Shown: piece after piece, positions 1-8,768 of the stretch
Layout of the letters: the number at the start of each line of letters is the position of its first letter
Position numbering within the stretch: the first letter of the stretch is position 1
NCBI GenBank assembly: GCA_023436145.1
Contig: JAEZKP010000017.1
Location: 1-32,000, forward strand
From: Fibrobacterota bacterium
Lineage (GTDB): Bacteria > Fibrobacterota > Chitinivibrionia > Chitinivibrionales > Chitinispirillaceae
Length of the DNA stretch: 32,000 bases
Direction of reading: 5' to 3'
Position numbers and translations under genes: made by a program
The notes under the pieces: generated by a model
Told to the model about the DNA's origin: nothing
Databases searched by the model: none
The model's input: the letters and a program-made list of their open reading frames with translations, nothing else

Positions 1-2
1 AA

Positions 3-509
3 TACAGGAAAAAGATAGATTCCAGCTCCAGATCAATTAGCATTCGTTTATTTTGAACAGAAACTAATTACAGCGATGGGTTATTTGGCGAATCTTTCGA
101 GGTAACAAATAAGCTCAGTTTCAGATATCTGGAAATTCCTGTTTTATTCCAAGTCCTTATTCCTGCCGGAGATGTAGTCGTACCACAACTCTATGCAGGG
201 CCGGCAATAGCTTTCAAAACCGGTGTAGCAGGAAAATGGGAATTTCTAGCTGAAGAAGAAGAGCTTACCGATGATGAAGTTGATGAAATAAACGAAATGA
301 TGAAAACTGTAGACTTTGGTATCGCCATGGGTGCAGGTCTGGGTATTAAAGCCGGGCCCGGTAGACTCATTCTGGATGTCAGATTTACACTTGGCCTGAC
401 TGGTATACAGGATATCGACGATGAAGTAGAAGAAGCCTTAGAAGCGATGGGTGCTTCTATAGAAAAAAAAAGAAATATGGCACTCATTTCTGCTTGGCTA
501 TATGTTTGA
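3..509 (+). pseudogene. Porin-family outer-membrane beta-barrel (OMP_b-brl_2-like), 3' part. The reading frame is interrupted by an in-frame TGA at 54-56.
   Basis: Frame 3 translates as ...SISIRLF*TETNYSDGLFGESFEVTNKLSFRYLEIPVLFQV...YAGPAIAF...DFGIAMGAGLGIK...LILDVRFTLGLTGI. This has the alternating beta-strand pattern and the YLEIP / DfGl..GlG / ld.Ry..Gl signatures of small porin-family barrels. No ATG, GTG or TTG lies between the TGA (54-56) and the ATG at 297. All three frames carry stops in the first 60 nt. Confidence 0.35.
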
Positions 510-524
510 ATTCTAAAGAGATTT

Positions 525-548
525 GGTGCTGCACTCAGGTACAGCACC
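525..548 (+). terminator. Hairpin downstream of the porin-like ORF (possible terminator)
   Basis: GGTGCTG (525-531) pairs with CAGCACC (542-548) around a 10-nt loop, 16 nt after the stop at 507-509. The trailing T-tract is poor (ACTTAATCTATTT). Confidence 0.3.
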
Positions 549-651
549 ACTTAATCTATTTACTCTCAAATCCCGCCTGCAACTTCCAAGTGCTTCCTTG
601 TGAATTAATAAAATTACAGCTATATTTAAAACAAAACACACACATTGGACT

Positions 652-1344
652 ATGAATAGAGTAGACAAAATCTTAAGTAACCTGGGCTACTGCTCCCGTC
701 GTCAGGCCGATCAGTTTCTGCATTCCCATTTTGTAAGCTTCAACAATGTCCGTATAAAAAACGGCTCCGTAAAGGCAGACCCTCATCTGTTACTCATCGA
801 TGGTGAAAAAGCAGATCACCCTGATGGACTTTTTATTCTGATGAATAAACCAGCCGGCTACGTCTGTTCACATGATCCGGCTGAAGGTTCTCTGGTTTAT
901 GAGCTGCTTCCTAAACAATGGATGAATCGCATCCCGGTTCCATCCACTATAGGCAGATTGGATAAAGATACTACCGGAGTTCTCTTGATAACCGATAACA
1001 CCCTTCTTAATCACAGACTTTCTTCACCACGGCACAGAATTGACAAAGTATACGAAGTAACAGTAGACAAGCTCATAAGTGAAGATCTCACAGAAATCTT
1101 TTCATCTGGAAAGCTCTGCCTGCCCGGTGATCCTAAACCCTGTCTGCCTGCAGATCTGAAGATCAAAGATAATTTTAATGCAACTGTCACCATCCATGAA
1201 GGACGATACCATCAGATTAAAAGAATGTTTCTGGCATGCGGCTATAAAGTCACTTCCCTCCACAGAAGCCGCTTTGGGATATACACCACAGAGAATCTGA
1301 AAGAGGGGGAATATAAAATCCTCCCCTTCCCTGATCAGAATTAG
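652..1344 (+). CDS. rsuA: 16S rRNA pseudouridine synthase, RsuA family (S4 domain plus PseudoU_synth_2)
   Basis: There is an N-terminal S4-like RNA-binding segment (RVDKILSNLGYCSRRQA). The catalytic motif is GRLDKDTTGVLL. The blocks SPRHRIDKVYEVTV, IHEGRYHQIKRMF and LHRSRFG align with E. coli RsuA. The 230-aa length is typical. Confidence 0.9.
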   Translation: MNRVDKILSNLGYCSRRQADQFLHSHFVSFNNVRIKNGSVKADPHLLLIDGEKADHPDGLFILMNKPAGYVCSHDPAEGSLVYELLPKQWMNRIPVPSTIGRLDKDTTGVLLITDNTLLNHRLSSPRHRIDKVYEVTVDKLISEDLTEIFSSGKLCLPGDPKPCLPADLKIKDNFNATVTIHEGRYHQIKRMFLACGYKVTSLHRSRFGIYTTENLKEGEYKILPFPDQN

Positions 1345-1345
1345 C

Positions 1346-1723
1346 CTATTGCATGGAATGAAGAGCTACCTGATTACCTTCGCTGTCCTCAAAATGTGCT
1401 ATATAACCATGCTCTCCGATATCGGTTTTGGGAATAAGCAGCTTTCCACCCTTCTTCTCAACCCGGGAAAGTGTTTCCTCTATGTTTTGCACTGTAAAAT
1501 AAACCAATGTCCCTGAGTGCTGAGGTGTGTAACCTATCGCCTGCACCAGCGCTCCAGAAATCCCCCGCCCCTCAGTCATGGGAAATTCTGCAAGCTTCAT
1601 CCTCTTGAGCTCCTGAAAAGTAAGCTGATAGCCCAAAACATACTCATAAAAATCCTTTGCCCGTACAATATCGGTAACCGGTATCTCAAACCAACCTACC
1701 GGATTTCTACTCGGCTCTGCCAT
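1346..1723 (-). CDS. VOC (glyoxalase/bleomycin-resistance/dioxygenase) family protein
   Basis: The 125-aa product begins WFEIPVTDIVRAKDFYEYVLGY and ends HGYIAHFEDSEGNQVALHS, a typical single-domain VOC fold signature. AAGGAGGAG lies 6 nt upstream of the ATG. Confidence 0.85.
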   Translation of the reverse strand: MAEPSRNPVGWFEIPVTDIVRAKDFYEYVLGYQLTFQELKRMKLAEFPMTEGRGISGALVQAIGYTPQHSGTLVYFTVQNIEETLSRVEKKGGKLLIPKTDIGEHGYIAHFEDSEGNQVALHSMQ

Positions 1724-1798
1724 AACGATCTCCTCCTTTTGTCCATGAAAATCAAAAACTTATCTCAGAGAACCGCAAAACAGATGCCTTCTGGAGAA

Positions 1799-2617
1799 TC
1801 AGTGTGGTTTAACTCCGGTAAAAAAGAAATAAGCAAAGACCAGAACTCCCAGAATTATCCTGTAGTAAGCAAACGGTTTGAAATCATTACGCCGGATATA
1901 ATTCATGAAAATAGCAATCACCGCCCAGGCCACCAGAAACGAAACCACAAACCCCACCCCTAACAACTGCCACTGCTGAGCTGTCAGAGTAAATCCAGAT
2001 TTAAATAGGGAATATCCTGAAGCCCCAACCATGGTAGGAATAGCCAGAAAAAATGAAAACTCCGCAGCAACTGCTCTTGATGCCCCTAAAGCCATCGCAC
2101 CCAGGATGGTGGCCGCACTGCGGGAGGTCCCGGGGATCATGGCAAGACACTGAATAAAACCTATCGCTATTGCAGTTGAATATTTCAGTGATTTTATATT
2201 TTCGATTCTGGCAACTCTACCGGACCTCTCAATCAGTAAGAGAATAATCCCACCAACAATCAACGCAGCAGACACTACATAAGAATTGAAAAGCAGCTCT
2301 TCGATTTTATCTGCCAACAGCAATCCCACCAGAATAGCTGGTGTCACTCCCGCGACCGTTTTAAACCACAACTGCCAGCTCTCGTTGCGTTGCTCCACAG
2401 TTTTTTTAAGACTGAACGGGAAAAGCCGGTCCCAAAAATAAACGATTACCGAAAGAATTGCCCCCAGCTGAATAACCACATCGAAAACTGCAGCAAACTG
2501 CTTGTCAAATTTGACAAATTCATTGGCCAGAATCAAATGCCCCGTACTGCTAATAGGTAAAAACTCTGTAACCCCTTCAATTATACCCAGAATAATCGTT
2601 TTCCAGAAAAATTCCAT
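1799..2617 (-). CDS. uppP: Undecaprenyl-diphosphate phosphatase (BacA/UppP)
   Basis: Canonical N-terminal motif GIIEGVTEFLPISSTGHLIL and the later PGTSRSAATI motif are present. It is a 272-aa polytopic membrane protein. GGAGAGGG SD lies upstream. Confidence 0.95.
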   Translation of the reverse strand: MEFFWKTIILGIIEGVTEFLPISSTGHLILANEFVKFDKQFAAVFDVVIQLGAILSVIVYFWDRLFPFSLKKTVEQRNESWQLWFKTVAGVTPAILVGLLLADKIEELLFNSYVVSAALIVGGIILLLIERSGRVARIENIKSLKYSTAIAIGFIQCLAMIPGTSRSAATILGAMALGASRAVAAEFSFFLAIPTMVGASGYSLFKSGFTLTAQQWQLLGVGFVVSFLVAWAVIAIFMNYIRRNDFKPFAYYRIILGVLVFAYFFFTGVKPH

Positions 2618-2887
2618 GTTCCCTCTCCAAGTGATTTGTTTTATTTACTGTTTTATTAATTTACCAGTTGGGTAAGACGGTGAAATGTGTTCAAAATCAG
2701 GCTAGTCAGGCTCTTACAACATGGGATCTGCTCCGCAACTGCTCAACTGCAATATTTAAAGCCATTAGAAGAACTCGGTTTCACTTTTTCTCTTAAAAAT
2801 AATTATTTGAGGAACAAACCGATACCCATGGTTTATTTTGTGGTTCCCAGAAATGAAAAAATAACTTCTGAGCAGAAGAGGAAATCT

Positions 2888-3187
2888 ATGAAGCTGAATT
2901 CAAAACAACGTCAATACCTTAAAGGCCTGGGACATTCCCTCAAACCAGTTATCCAGGTAGGAAAAGATGGACTGAGCCAGCAGGTGCTATCCAGCATCTC
3001 CAAAGCCCTGGATGACCACGAACTTATAAAGATAAACATTCTGGAAACTGCAGATATAGAACGCGAACAAGCATCCAGCATATTAACCTCTGCACTAAAT
3101 GCAGAAGTAATTCAGACCTTAGGAAGAAAAATTCTTCTTTTCCGCAGAAACAATGAAAAACAAAAGATAGAGATCCCACAGCAGTGA
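2888..3187 (+). CDS. yhbY: YhbY/CRM-domain RNA-binding protein (ribosome assembly)
   Basis: MKLNSKQRQYLKGLGHSLKPVIQVGKDGLSQQVLSSISKALDDHELIKI...GRKILLFRR matches the YhbY pattern (L..kq...Lr..ah.l.P.v.iGk.Gl). AGAAGAGGAAA SD lies before the ATG at 2888. The upstream in-frame GTG at 2687 would give an atypically long N-terminus. Confidence 0.85.
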   Translation: MKLNSKQRQYLKGLGHSLKPVIQVGKDGLSQQVLSSISKALDDHELIKINILETADIEREQASSILTSALNAEVIQTLGRKILLFRRNNEKQKIEIPQQ

Positions 3188-3188
3188 T

Positions 3189-4859
3189 CTAAAATATACC
3201 AGGAAAAAATAAACTGGTCAAAATCCAGGCAACGCCTCCACTAAGAAGCCCATAAAGGATACATACCATCATATTCTGCCGAATCAATAAGCCCTCTTTT
3301 CCCACCAGCCCCACAGTAGTAAGCACTGCCACCACATTATGAATACAGATCATATTGCCGGCAGCCCCTCCAACCGCCTGTAAGGAGAGTATAGGGGTTA
3401 CAGGCAAAGATGCACTCTGAGCGATTCCAAACTGAAAAGGCCCGAACATGATGTTGGAAACGGTGGCACTTCCCGATACAAACGCCCCCAGAATTCCTAC
3501 AAAAGGGGCCATCAGATACCATATTTTTCCGGTAAATGCTGCCGCCGCTTTTGCAAGCACAATAAGCATCGAATCTTTAGAGGTAGCCTCTGCGGAATTC
3601 ATCATTATATAAACCATAGCTAAAGTAAAAACCAGTGCTATTGCAGCAGGAATAATCATATGAACCACTTCCACCCAGGCTCTGGATGCCACCTTCCAGT
3701 TGACTTTATGCAGATAAGGAATTAGAAGTGCAACTAATATGAAAGGAAATATTCCAGGGTTGTAAAATGGTTCTATGTCCCTGCTTATGGTAGTTCCCAA
3801 TATGTTACTCCACCCAATCGACCAGAACCGCAACAGAGGTTCAACCCTGAAAAAAGGAAGCCTGCTTAAGAGCAACAAAAACCCTATCAATACATAGGGA
3901 AACCATGCCCTGAAAATACCCATTGGTCTTTCAATACTGGTGTTTACATGTGCTCCTGCCTTAACAATCCCTTCCCAGTGCCCAGGCCACTTATCATGAG
4001 AGGGGAAATCCCAATTCCCAAATGAAGGAATCAGTTTCCATTTTAAAAGAAGCACAAACACCACCAGCCCGAAAAGAGAACCCACCAGAGAAGGAAGCTC
4101 CGGGCCCACAAAAACCGCGATTATCATTTGTGGAAATGTAAACAGAAAACCGGCCAATAAAGATGCTGGCCATATCTTAAGACCGCTCCTGTATGAGCCA
4201 CCTCCTATTTTGGTCATAACCGATATGGTAGCCAGAGGTAAAAACGTTCCCACTAAAAAGCTTAGCCCCCCTGCTACCGCTCCGATATTGGCTAAAAAGT
4301 CATTAAAGCTCAAAGTGCTTCCGTTTCGGATTATCGGCCAAGATCCCAATTCACGAATTGTCTCAAATCCCCCCCATAGTGGAACACCTACAGCACCAAA
4401 AATAGTAGGTGGTCCGGATGCCAAAAGGGTAACCACAGCAGCGATAAAGGGCGGGAAACCCATTCCCACCAATAACGGTGCCCCAATTGCAGCAGGAGTC
4501 CCAAAGCCAGCCGCACTTTCCAAAAACCCTCCCATAAACCAGGCAATCACCAGTACCTGAACCCGTCTGTCAGAGCTGAGGCTGGCCATGGAATTGGAAA
4601 TCTGAGCTATACCTCCGCTTCTGCGTAAAAGCTGCAAAATCAGTAAAGCCCCAAAGACAATGATCAGAATGTCTATAGCGTTTATGAGCCCGGCAATAGA
4701 TGCAGCAGCAATCCAGGACAATGGCATATCCCAGGCAGTTAAAGCCACTATCACTGCCACAGCAAAGCCCACAGGCATCGCTTTACTTGAAGGCCACATC
4801 AAAGCCAGCATCAAAACACCGACAACCAAAATAGGCAAAGCAGCAAGAATTACCAGCAT
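3189..4859 (-). CDS. lctP: L-lactate (lactate/glycolate) permease, LctP family
   Basis: A polytopic membrane protein carrying the LctP blocks WPSSKAMP, GGFLESAAGFGTPAAIGAPLLVGMGF and SGSATVSNIMFG. The track ORF starts with TTG at 4895. I prefer the ATG at 4859, which is preceded by AAGGAG at 8 nt. Confidence 0.85.
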   Translation of the reverse strand: MLVILAALPILVVGVLMLALMWPSSKAMPVGFAVAVIVALTAWDMPLSWIAAASIAGLINAIDILIIVFGALLILQLLRRSGGIAQISNSMASLSSDRRVQVLVIAWFMGGFLESAAGFGTPAAIGAPLLVGMGFPPFIAAVVTLLASGPPTIFGAVGVPLWGGFETIRELGSWPIIRNGSTLSFNDFLANIGAVAGGLSFLVGTFLPLATISVMTKIGGGSYRSGLKIWPASLLAGFLFTFPQMIIAVFVGPELPSLVGSLFGLVVFVLLLKWKLIPSFGNWDFPSHDKWPGHWEGIVKAGAHVNTSIERPMGIFRAWFPYVLIGFLLLLSRLPFFRVEPLLRFWSIGWSNILGTTISRDIEPFYNPGIFPFILVALLIPYLHKVNWKVASRAWVEVVHMIIPAAIALVFTLAMVYIMMNSAEATSKDSMLIVLAKAAAAFTGKIWYLMAPFVGILGAFVSGSATVSNIMFGPFQFGIAQSASLPVTPILSLQAVGGAAGNMICIHNVVAVLTTVGLVGKEGLLIRQNMMVCILYGLLSGGVAWILTSLFFPGIF

Positions 4860-5035
4860 TACAAAGACTCCTTTTTCCGCATAAACGGAGAGCAAGATTC
4901 AGTCCAACCAAAGAAAAGGTTGCTCCAGGAATATGACATATTATTGTTTTCTTTTACTTTTGGCTTTCCATATTACAAAGAATAATGTAAATTAACAGAC
5001 ATTTAACACAATATTCAATAATATCTGGAGGTCTC

Positions 5036-5719
5036 ATGACATATTCCAAAAAAGTACTTGCAATAAGCTTGGCAGGAGCATTTTTTTTAACTGCAGGGTG
5101 CGCATCCGTATCCAACTTTCAGACCGGTAAACCACTGGGCAAAGGCAACATGCAGGGCTATTGCGCAGTTTCACATATTACCACTAAAGGCAATCCCATC
5201 ACGATTCCGGGTTTAATTGAAGTACAGCCGGAATTTACTTTTTTTGAAGTCGGAGCAATGCTGGGAATCACTGACAGACTGGATTTAGGTTTAAAGTATA
5301 CCTTCCCTACCGGCGGTTTATTTGACAGCAAGTTCTGCCTGATTGGCTCCGGTAAAGAGAAAGGTTTTTTCCTGGCTCCCGGACTGCGCGCCGGCTATTC
5401 TTCGCTTTCAGACAGCGACGATACAGATGATACCGATGATTCAAACAAAAACTCCAGAATAGAGCTGTCAGTACCAGTTTACTTGACTATTAATTTTTCT
5501 GAATTCTTTTCACTGTCTTTAATTCCAACCTATTCAGGACGCTTTATCACCCAAGATTCCTATTACTCAAATCTGCTGGGAGGAAACCTGAACATGAAAC
5601 TCGGCAGAAAATTCGGAGTAGTGATAGATGCAGCATTTTACCATAACTTCAAATGGGAGTGGCAGGAAGTTCAGGGAGGCGCAGCAATATTTTTCCCCCT
5701 GCCCAGTATCAATTTCTAA
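5036..5719 (+). CDS. Predicted lipoprotein / small outer-membrane beta-barrel, function unknown
   Basis: It has a signal peptide with lipobox LTAG|C and alternating beta-strand-like segments. An acidic SDSDDTDDTDDS loop is present. The C-terminus is aromatic (...PSINF), as in OM barrels. GGAGG SD lies upstream. Confidence 0.6.
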   Translation: MTYSKKVLAISLAGAFFLTAGCASVSNFQTGKPLGKGNMQGYCAVSHITTKGNPITIPGLIEVQPEFTFFEVGAMLGITDRLDLGLKYTFPTGGLFDSKFCLIGSGKEKGFFLAPGLRAGYSSLSDSDDTDDTDDSNKNSRIELSVPVYLTINFSEFFSLSLIPTYSGRFITQDSYYSNLLGGNLNMKLGRKFGVVIDAAFYHNFKWEWQEVQGGAAIFFPLPSINF

Positions 5720-5733
5720 CAGTAAAGTAACCA

Positions 5734-5761
5734 AAACTCCGGGCTGGCATTTCCGGAGTTT
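5734..5761. terminator. 9-bp hairpin between convergent genes (putative bidirectional terminator)
   Basis: AAACTCCGG (5734-5742) pairs with CCGGAGTTT (5753-5761) around a 10-nt loop. It sits in the 40-nt gap between the 5036-5719 (+) and 5760-6425 (-) genes and touches the stop of the minus gene. Confidence 0.5.
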
Positions 5762-6425
5762 ACCTCTCAGTTTTGTAAAGAGATGACAATGCTCCGGTCT
5801 GATAACCCAGAGTAAAATCCCTGATAAAAACTGTATCCTGCTTTTCATCTGCTATGTTAAGCAATAAATAGTCAACAGAATTTCTTCTGACAAAGGCAAG
5901 CTCATAGCTGCCTGCCGGCACATCGGGTAAAACATAAAAACCATTGATATCCAACTGTGTTGATGCCCCGAAACCTGGTATTATAACCTTTATGTCACCT
6001 GTTTTCTCTGCAGTGATTACCTTTCCTTTGAGAGTAACCAGAGACTTGAGCATCACCGGCCTTTCAAGCTGTAAAGAGGTCTGCTGCTTGCGGATGAGAG
6101 AAAGATCACACCTTCCTCTGGATACATCGTATATATAAAGCAAATACTGTCCATCAGGAACTCCCTGAAGAACGAAACACCCATTTCTGGAAGTGGTTGC
6201 AGAATAAGTATTGAAGATGGAATCGTGATCATTAATGATACGCACATCAAAAAGAGACACCAGTGCTTCAACCGCATCTGTGGAATCCGGATGAACCGCT
6301 TTACCGATAACCACCTTACGCTCTATATCATTACTAATATTTCTTCTGCCTGAAATACAAGAGACAAGAGAAAACAAGGGCAGGATAGCACAGAGAATTG
6401 ATAATGAATTAATCCTGAAATTCAA
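5760..6425 (-). CDS. Lipoprotein with two carboxypeptidase-regulatory-like (CarboxypepD_reg) beta-sandwich repeats
   Basis: It has a signal peptide with lipobox LVS|C. Two segments are of the type G.V....G.....V..........T...G.F.L..VP.G.Y.L (NGCFVLQGVPDGQYLL and NGFYVLPDVPAGSYEL). The start is TTG at 6425, preceded by GGAGGGG. There is no nearby in-frame ATG. Confidence 0.65.
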   Translation of the reverse strand: MNFRINSLSILCAILPLFSLVSCISGRRNISNDIERKVVIGKAVHPDSTDAVEALVSLFDVRIINDHDSIFNTYSATTSRNGCFVLQGVPDGQYLLYIYDVSRGRCDLSLIRKQQTSLQLERPVMLKSLVTLKGKVITAEKTGDIKVIIPGFGASTQLDINGFYVLPDVPAGSYELAFVRRNSVDYLLLNIADEKQDTVFIRDFTLGYQTGALSSLYKTER

Positions 6426-6540
6426 TTTCCCCTCCAGGTTACATTGAATCAGGTATTATGTCTATTATATATATATTACCACTTTTTTACGGTTGAAGCA
6501 ATATTTAAGGGGAACAACCCTGAAGAATAAACCGGGAGCG

Positions 6541-6570
6541 AAAAAAAATGCCCCTCACAAGAGAGGGGCA
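6541..6570 (-). terminator. Rho-independent terminator of the OmpA/TSP3 gene
   Basis: On the minus strand the sequence reads TGCCCCTC-tcttgt-GAGGGGCA followed by TTTTTTTT. It lies 27 nt after the stop at 6597. Confidence 0.8.
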
Positions 6571-6596
6571 TGAAAAGTTCAGTTTAAGGCGCTGGA

Positions 6597-8396
6597 TCAG
6601 TCGATTCTATGCATTTCAACCCTTCTGTTTCTCTCCCGGCCTTCCGCAGTAGCATTATCTGCAATGGGGAATGCCTCACCATAACCGACTGCTCTGAGCC
6701 GCTCCGCAGCAATACCCTTCTGAATCAGGTACGCCCTGACTGCATCTGCACGGGCCTGTGACAGTTTTAAATTCACCGCATCACTACCCTGGCTATCAGT
6801 ATGCCCCTGAATCTCCAGTTTAACTTCCTTCCACTCAGCAAGTGACTCATACACCTGGTCCAGAATAGTATAGGAATTCACATTGAGAACCGCCTTACCA
6901 GACATGAATGTCACCCCTGCCAGTATCAGTTTGCCCCGTTGAATTTCCTGAGTCTTAGGACAACCATCATTGGTGGGAAGCCCTTTCACTCCCGGACACT
7001 TATCCATATCGTCCGCGACACCATCTCCATCATTATCCAACTCCGGACACCCATCATTATCTTCAAAACCATCGATATCCTCTGGTTTATCCGGACATAA
7101 ATCCTTCTCATCATCTATACCATCGCCATCATTGTCCCGGTCGATACAACCATCCTCATCCTGGAAACCATCCTTATCTTCCGCTTCATTAGGACATTTA
7201 TCCACATCATCGTTGATTCCATCATTGTCCGCATCCAGAACTGGACAACCATCACAACTTACTGCTGCCAGAGGACATTTGTCACGAGTATCAGGAATTC
7301 CATCATTGTCATTATCATAATCAGGACAGCCATCCTCATCCTGGAAACCATCCTTGTCTTCGGCTTCTTTAGGACATTTATCCAGCTTATCGATAATCCC
7401 GTCCCCATCAGTATCCGGTTCCCTGAAAATACCCTGCCATCCGAAAGCTACCTGCGCTCCAAAACGGGGTAGTGCTTTTGTGGAGTAACTGTATCCATCA
7501 TTCCTCCAATTGGTGACATTTGCTTCTGATTTGTCAGAAATACCGAAATCACCTGCCATTGTCAGATAAATTCCATTGGAGAAGTTAAACTTTACACCCG
7601 GAGTCAGCCAGACCTGATCATCATTAAATGAATAAACATCGAATCTCTGGGTATAACGGCTCACCGATGACTCCCCGGTAATTTCAGTAAACAGAGTAAT
7701 AACAGGAGCAGGTGTATACTCTACCGCCATCGCTCCTACTACAGCACTTCTGCTTTTCTGCTGTGCAACAACACACCCCAGATTGGCATGAAGCCGCAGT
7801 GGAATCGCTGTTGAAAGTCTGTCAAAATTCATGGTCCATAAAATCATGGGATTCAGGAAATAGACATTTTCTGCCAGCTTACTATACTGCCCGTTGGAAT
7901 CATCCATTATGTAATAGGAGTGCCTGGCAAAAAGCCCCCTTTTATTCTGTCCTGTCGGAAAGGTCAGTTTCAGACCGTATGCATGGCTGATAAATGCACT
8001 TTCTTTCTGAAAGGGATTTCCCAGCTTGAGGGCAACACCCAGATCACCAATACCGGAGAGAGTCTGCTCAAAGCCGGAGATATCAGAATATGCAGGGACA
8101 TCAACACTGATATCGAGATATTTACCCAATGCACACCCGATATAGAAATTCCCGGAAAACAGATGCGAGGACTCATGGGAGATTTCTCTGGTCCCTTTCC
8201 TTACAACAGTCAAATACTCCTTATCTGCTGCGTATTTAAAACTGCTTCCGATGTGAAAGCCGGTTTTACCCAGTGTATTTGCCGAAAAAGTTCTTATCAC
8301 ACCGGATTGCCCAGAAGTGTTGACATCGTTTGCAGTTACCGTAATTGCAAAAGACAGCATCAGAGCTCCGGAAAAGAGCCTTTTACTTAACCGCAT
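6597..8396 (-). CDS. OmpA-family outer-membrane protein: N-terminal beta-barrel, thrombospondin type-3 (Ca-binding) repeats, C-terminal OmpA peptidoglycan-binding domain
   Basis: The signal peptide is MRLSKRLFSGALMLSFAITVTA. There are about 8 DxDxDGxxDxxDxCP repeats. The C-terminal OmpA_C block reads IQGHTDSQGSDAVNLKLSQARADAVRAYL...GYGEAFPIADNATAEGRERNRRVE. I chose the ATG at 8396 (AAGGAG 6 nt upstream) rather than the longer ORF that starts at 8456. Confidence 0.85.
   Translation of the reverse strand: MRLSKRLFSGALMLSFAITVTANDVNTSGQSGVIRTFSANTLGKTGFHIGSSFKYAADKEYLTVVRKGTREISHESSHLFSGNFYIGCALGKYLDISVDVPAYSDISGFEQTLSGIGDLGVALKLGNPFQKESAFISHAYGLKLTFPTGQNKRGLFARHSYYIMDDSNGQYSKLAENVYFLNPMILWTMNFDRLSTAIPLRLHANLGCVVAQQKSRSAVVGAMAVEYTPAPVITLFTEITGESSVSRYTQRFDVYSFNDDQVWLTPGVKFNFSNGIYLTMAGDFGISDKSEANVTNWRNDGYSYSTKALPRFGAQVAFGWQGIFREPDTDGDGIIDKLDKCPKEAEDKDGFQDEDGCPDYDNDNDGIPDTRDKCPLAAVSCDGCPVLDADNDGINDDVDKCPNEAEDKDGFQDEDGCIDRDNDGDGIDDEKDLCPDKPEDIDGFEDNDGCPELDNDGDGVADDMDKCPGVKGLPTNDGCPKTQEIQRGKLILAGVTFMSGKAVLNVNSYTILDQVYESLAEWKEVKLEIQGHTDSQGSDAVNLKLSQARADAVRAYLIQKGIAAERLRAVGYGEAFPIADNATAEGRERNRRVEMHRID
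7149..7385 (-). repeat. Intragenic direct duplication with a 180-bp period inside the TSP3 repeat region
   Basis: 7149-7205 and 7329-7385 are about 57-nt copies differing at 3 positions (accatcctcatcctggaaaccatcctt[a/g]tcttc[c/g]gcttc[a/t]ttaggacatttatcca). Both encode KCP(N/K)EAEDKDGFQDEDGC. Confidence 0.85.
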
Positions 8397-8768
8397 AAGC
8401 ATCTCCTTGCCTGTAAACATTAAAAAATCAGCTCTACTGATCTCAGGTAATATCATTTAACTAACATCTTAATATAAATAAACGGTTAACTTGAGCATAT
8501 ACAGAAATTCTCGAAATTTTTATCCCTTATCCTCTTCCCGGTTATTACTTTAAAACACCCCTGCTTTAATGGTACATTCCAGGCATCACCTTTTATCAAT
8601 GAATATCATCCCAGAAATAGCCAATACTTCTTTAATAAGAATAGTAAATGAGAATAATCCAGTAATTAATTTTAAAGAGGATCAGTTTCAGAGGCAGGCA
8701 GTATTTCAGAAGAACCTTCTGCAATCATTCAGGCTGGTACTATAATTTATCAACCTTACTTTTCACAT

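Noticed and set aside
54-56. TGA read as a sense codon (alternative genetic code or selenocysteine)
   Set aside because: TGA cleanly terminates uppP, alaS, yhbY and other genes. Long conserved genes contain no internal TGA. I saw no SECIS-like hairpin directly downstream.
191-550. 119-aa minus-strand ORF
   Set aside because: It is entirely antisense to the porin-like frame. Its composition is low-complexity and Ser/Pro-rich, it has no SD, and it looks like a shadow ORF.
2687-2887. GTG-initiated 67-codon N-terminal extension of yhbY
   Set aside because: YhbY proteins are about 100 aa. The ATG at 2888 has a good SD, and the extension has no conserved features.
7920-8390. 156-aa plus-strand ORF, plus 6970-7320 and 7712-7990
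   Set aside because: They are antisense to the OmpA/TSP3 gene. The 6970-7320 product is a Ser/Pro repeat that simply mirrors the Asp/Gly-rich TSP3 codons.
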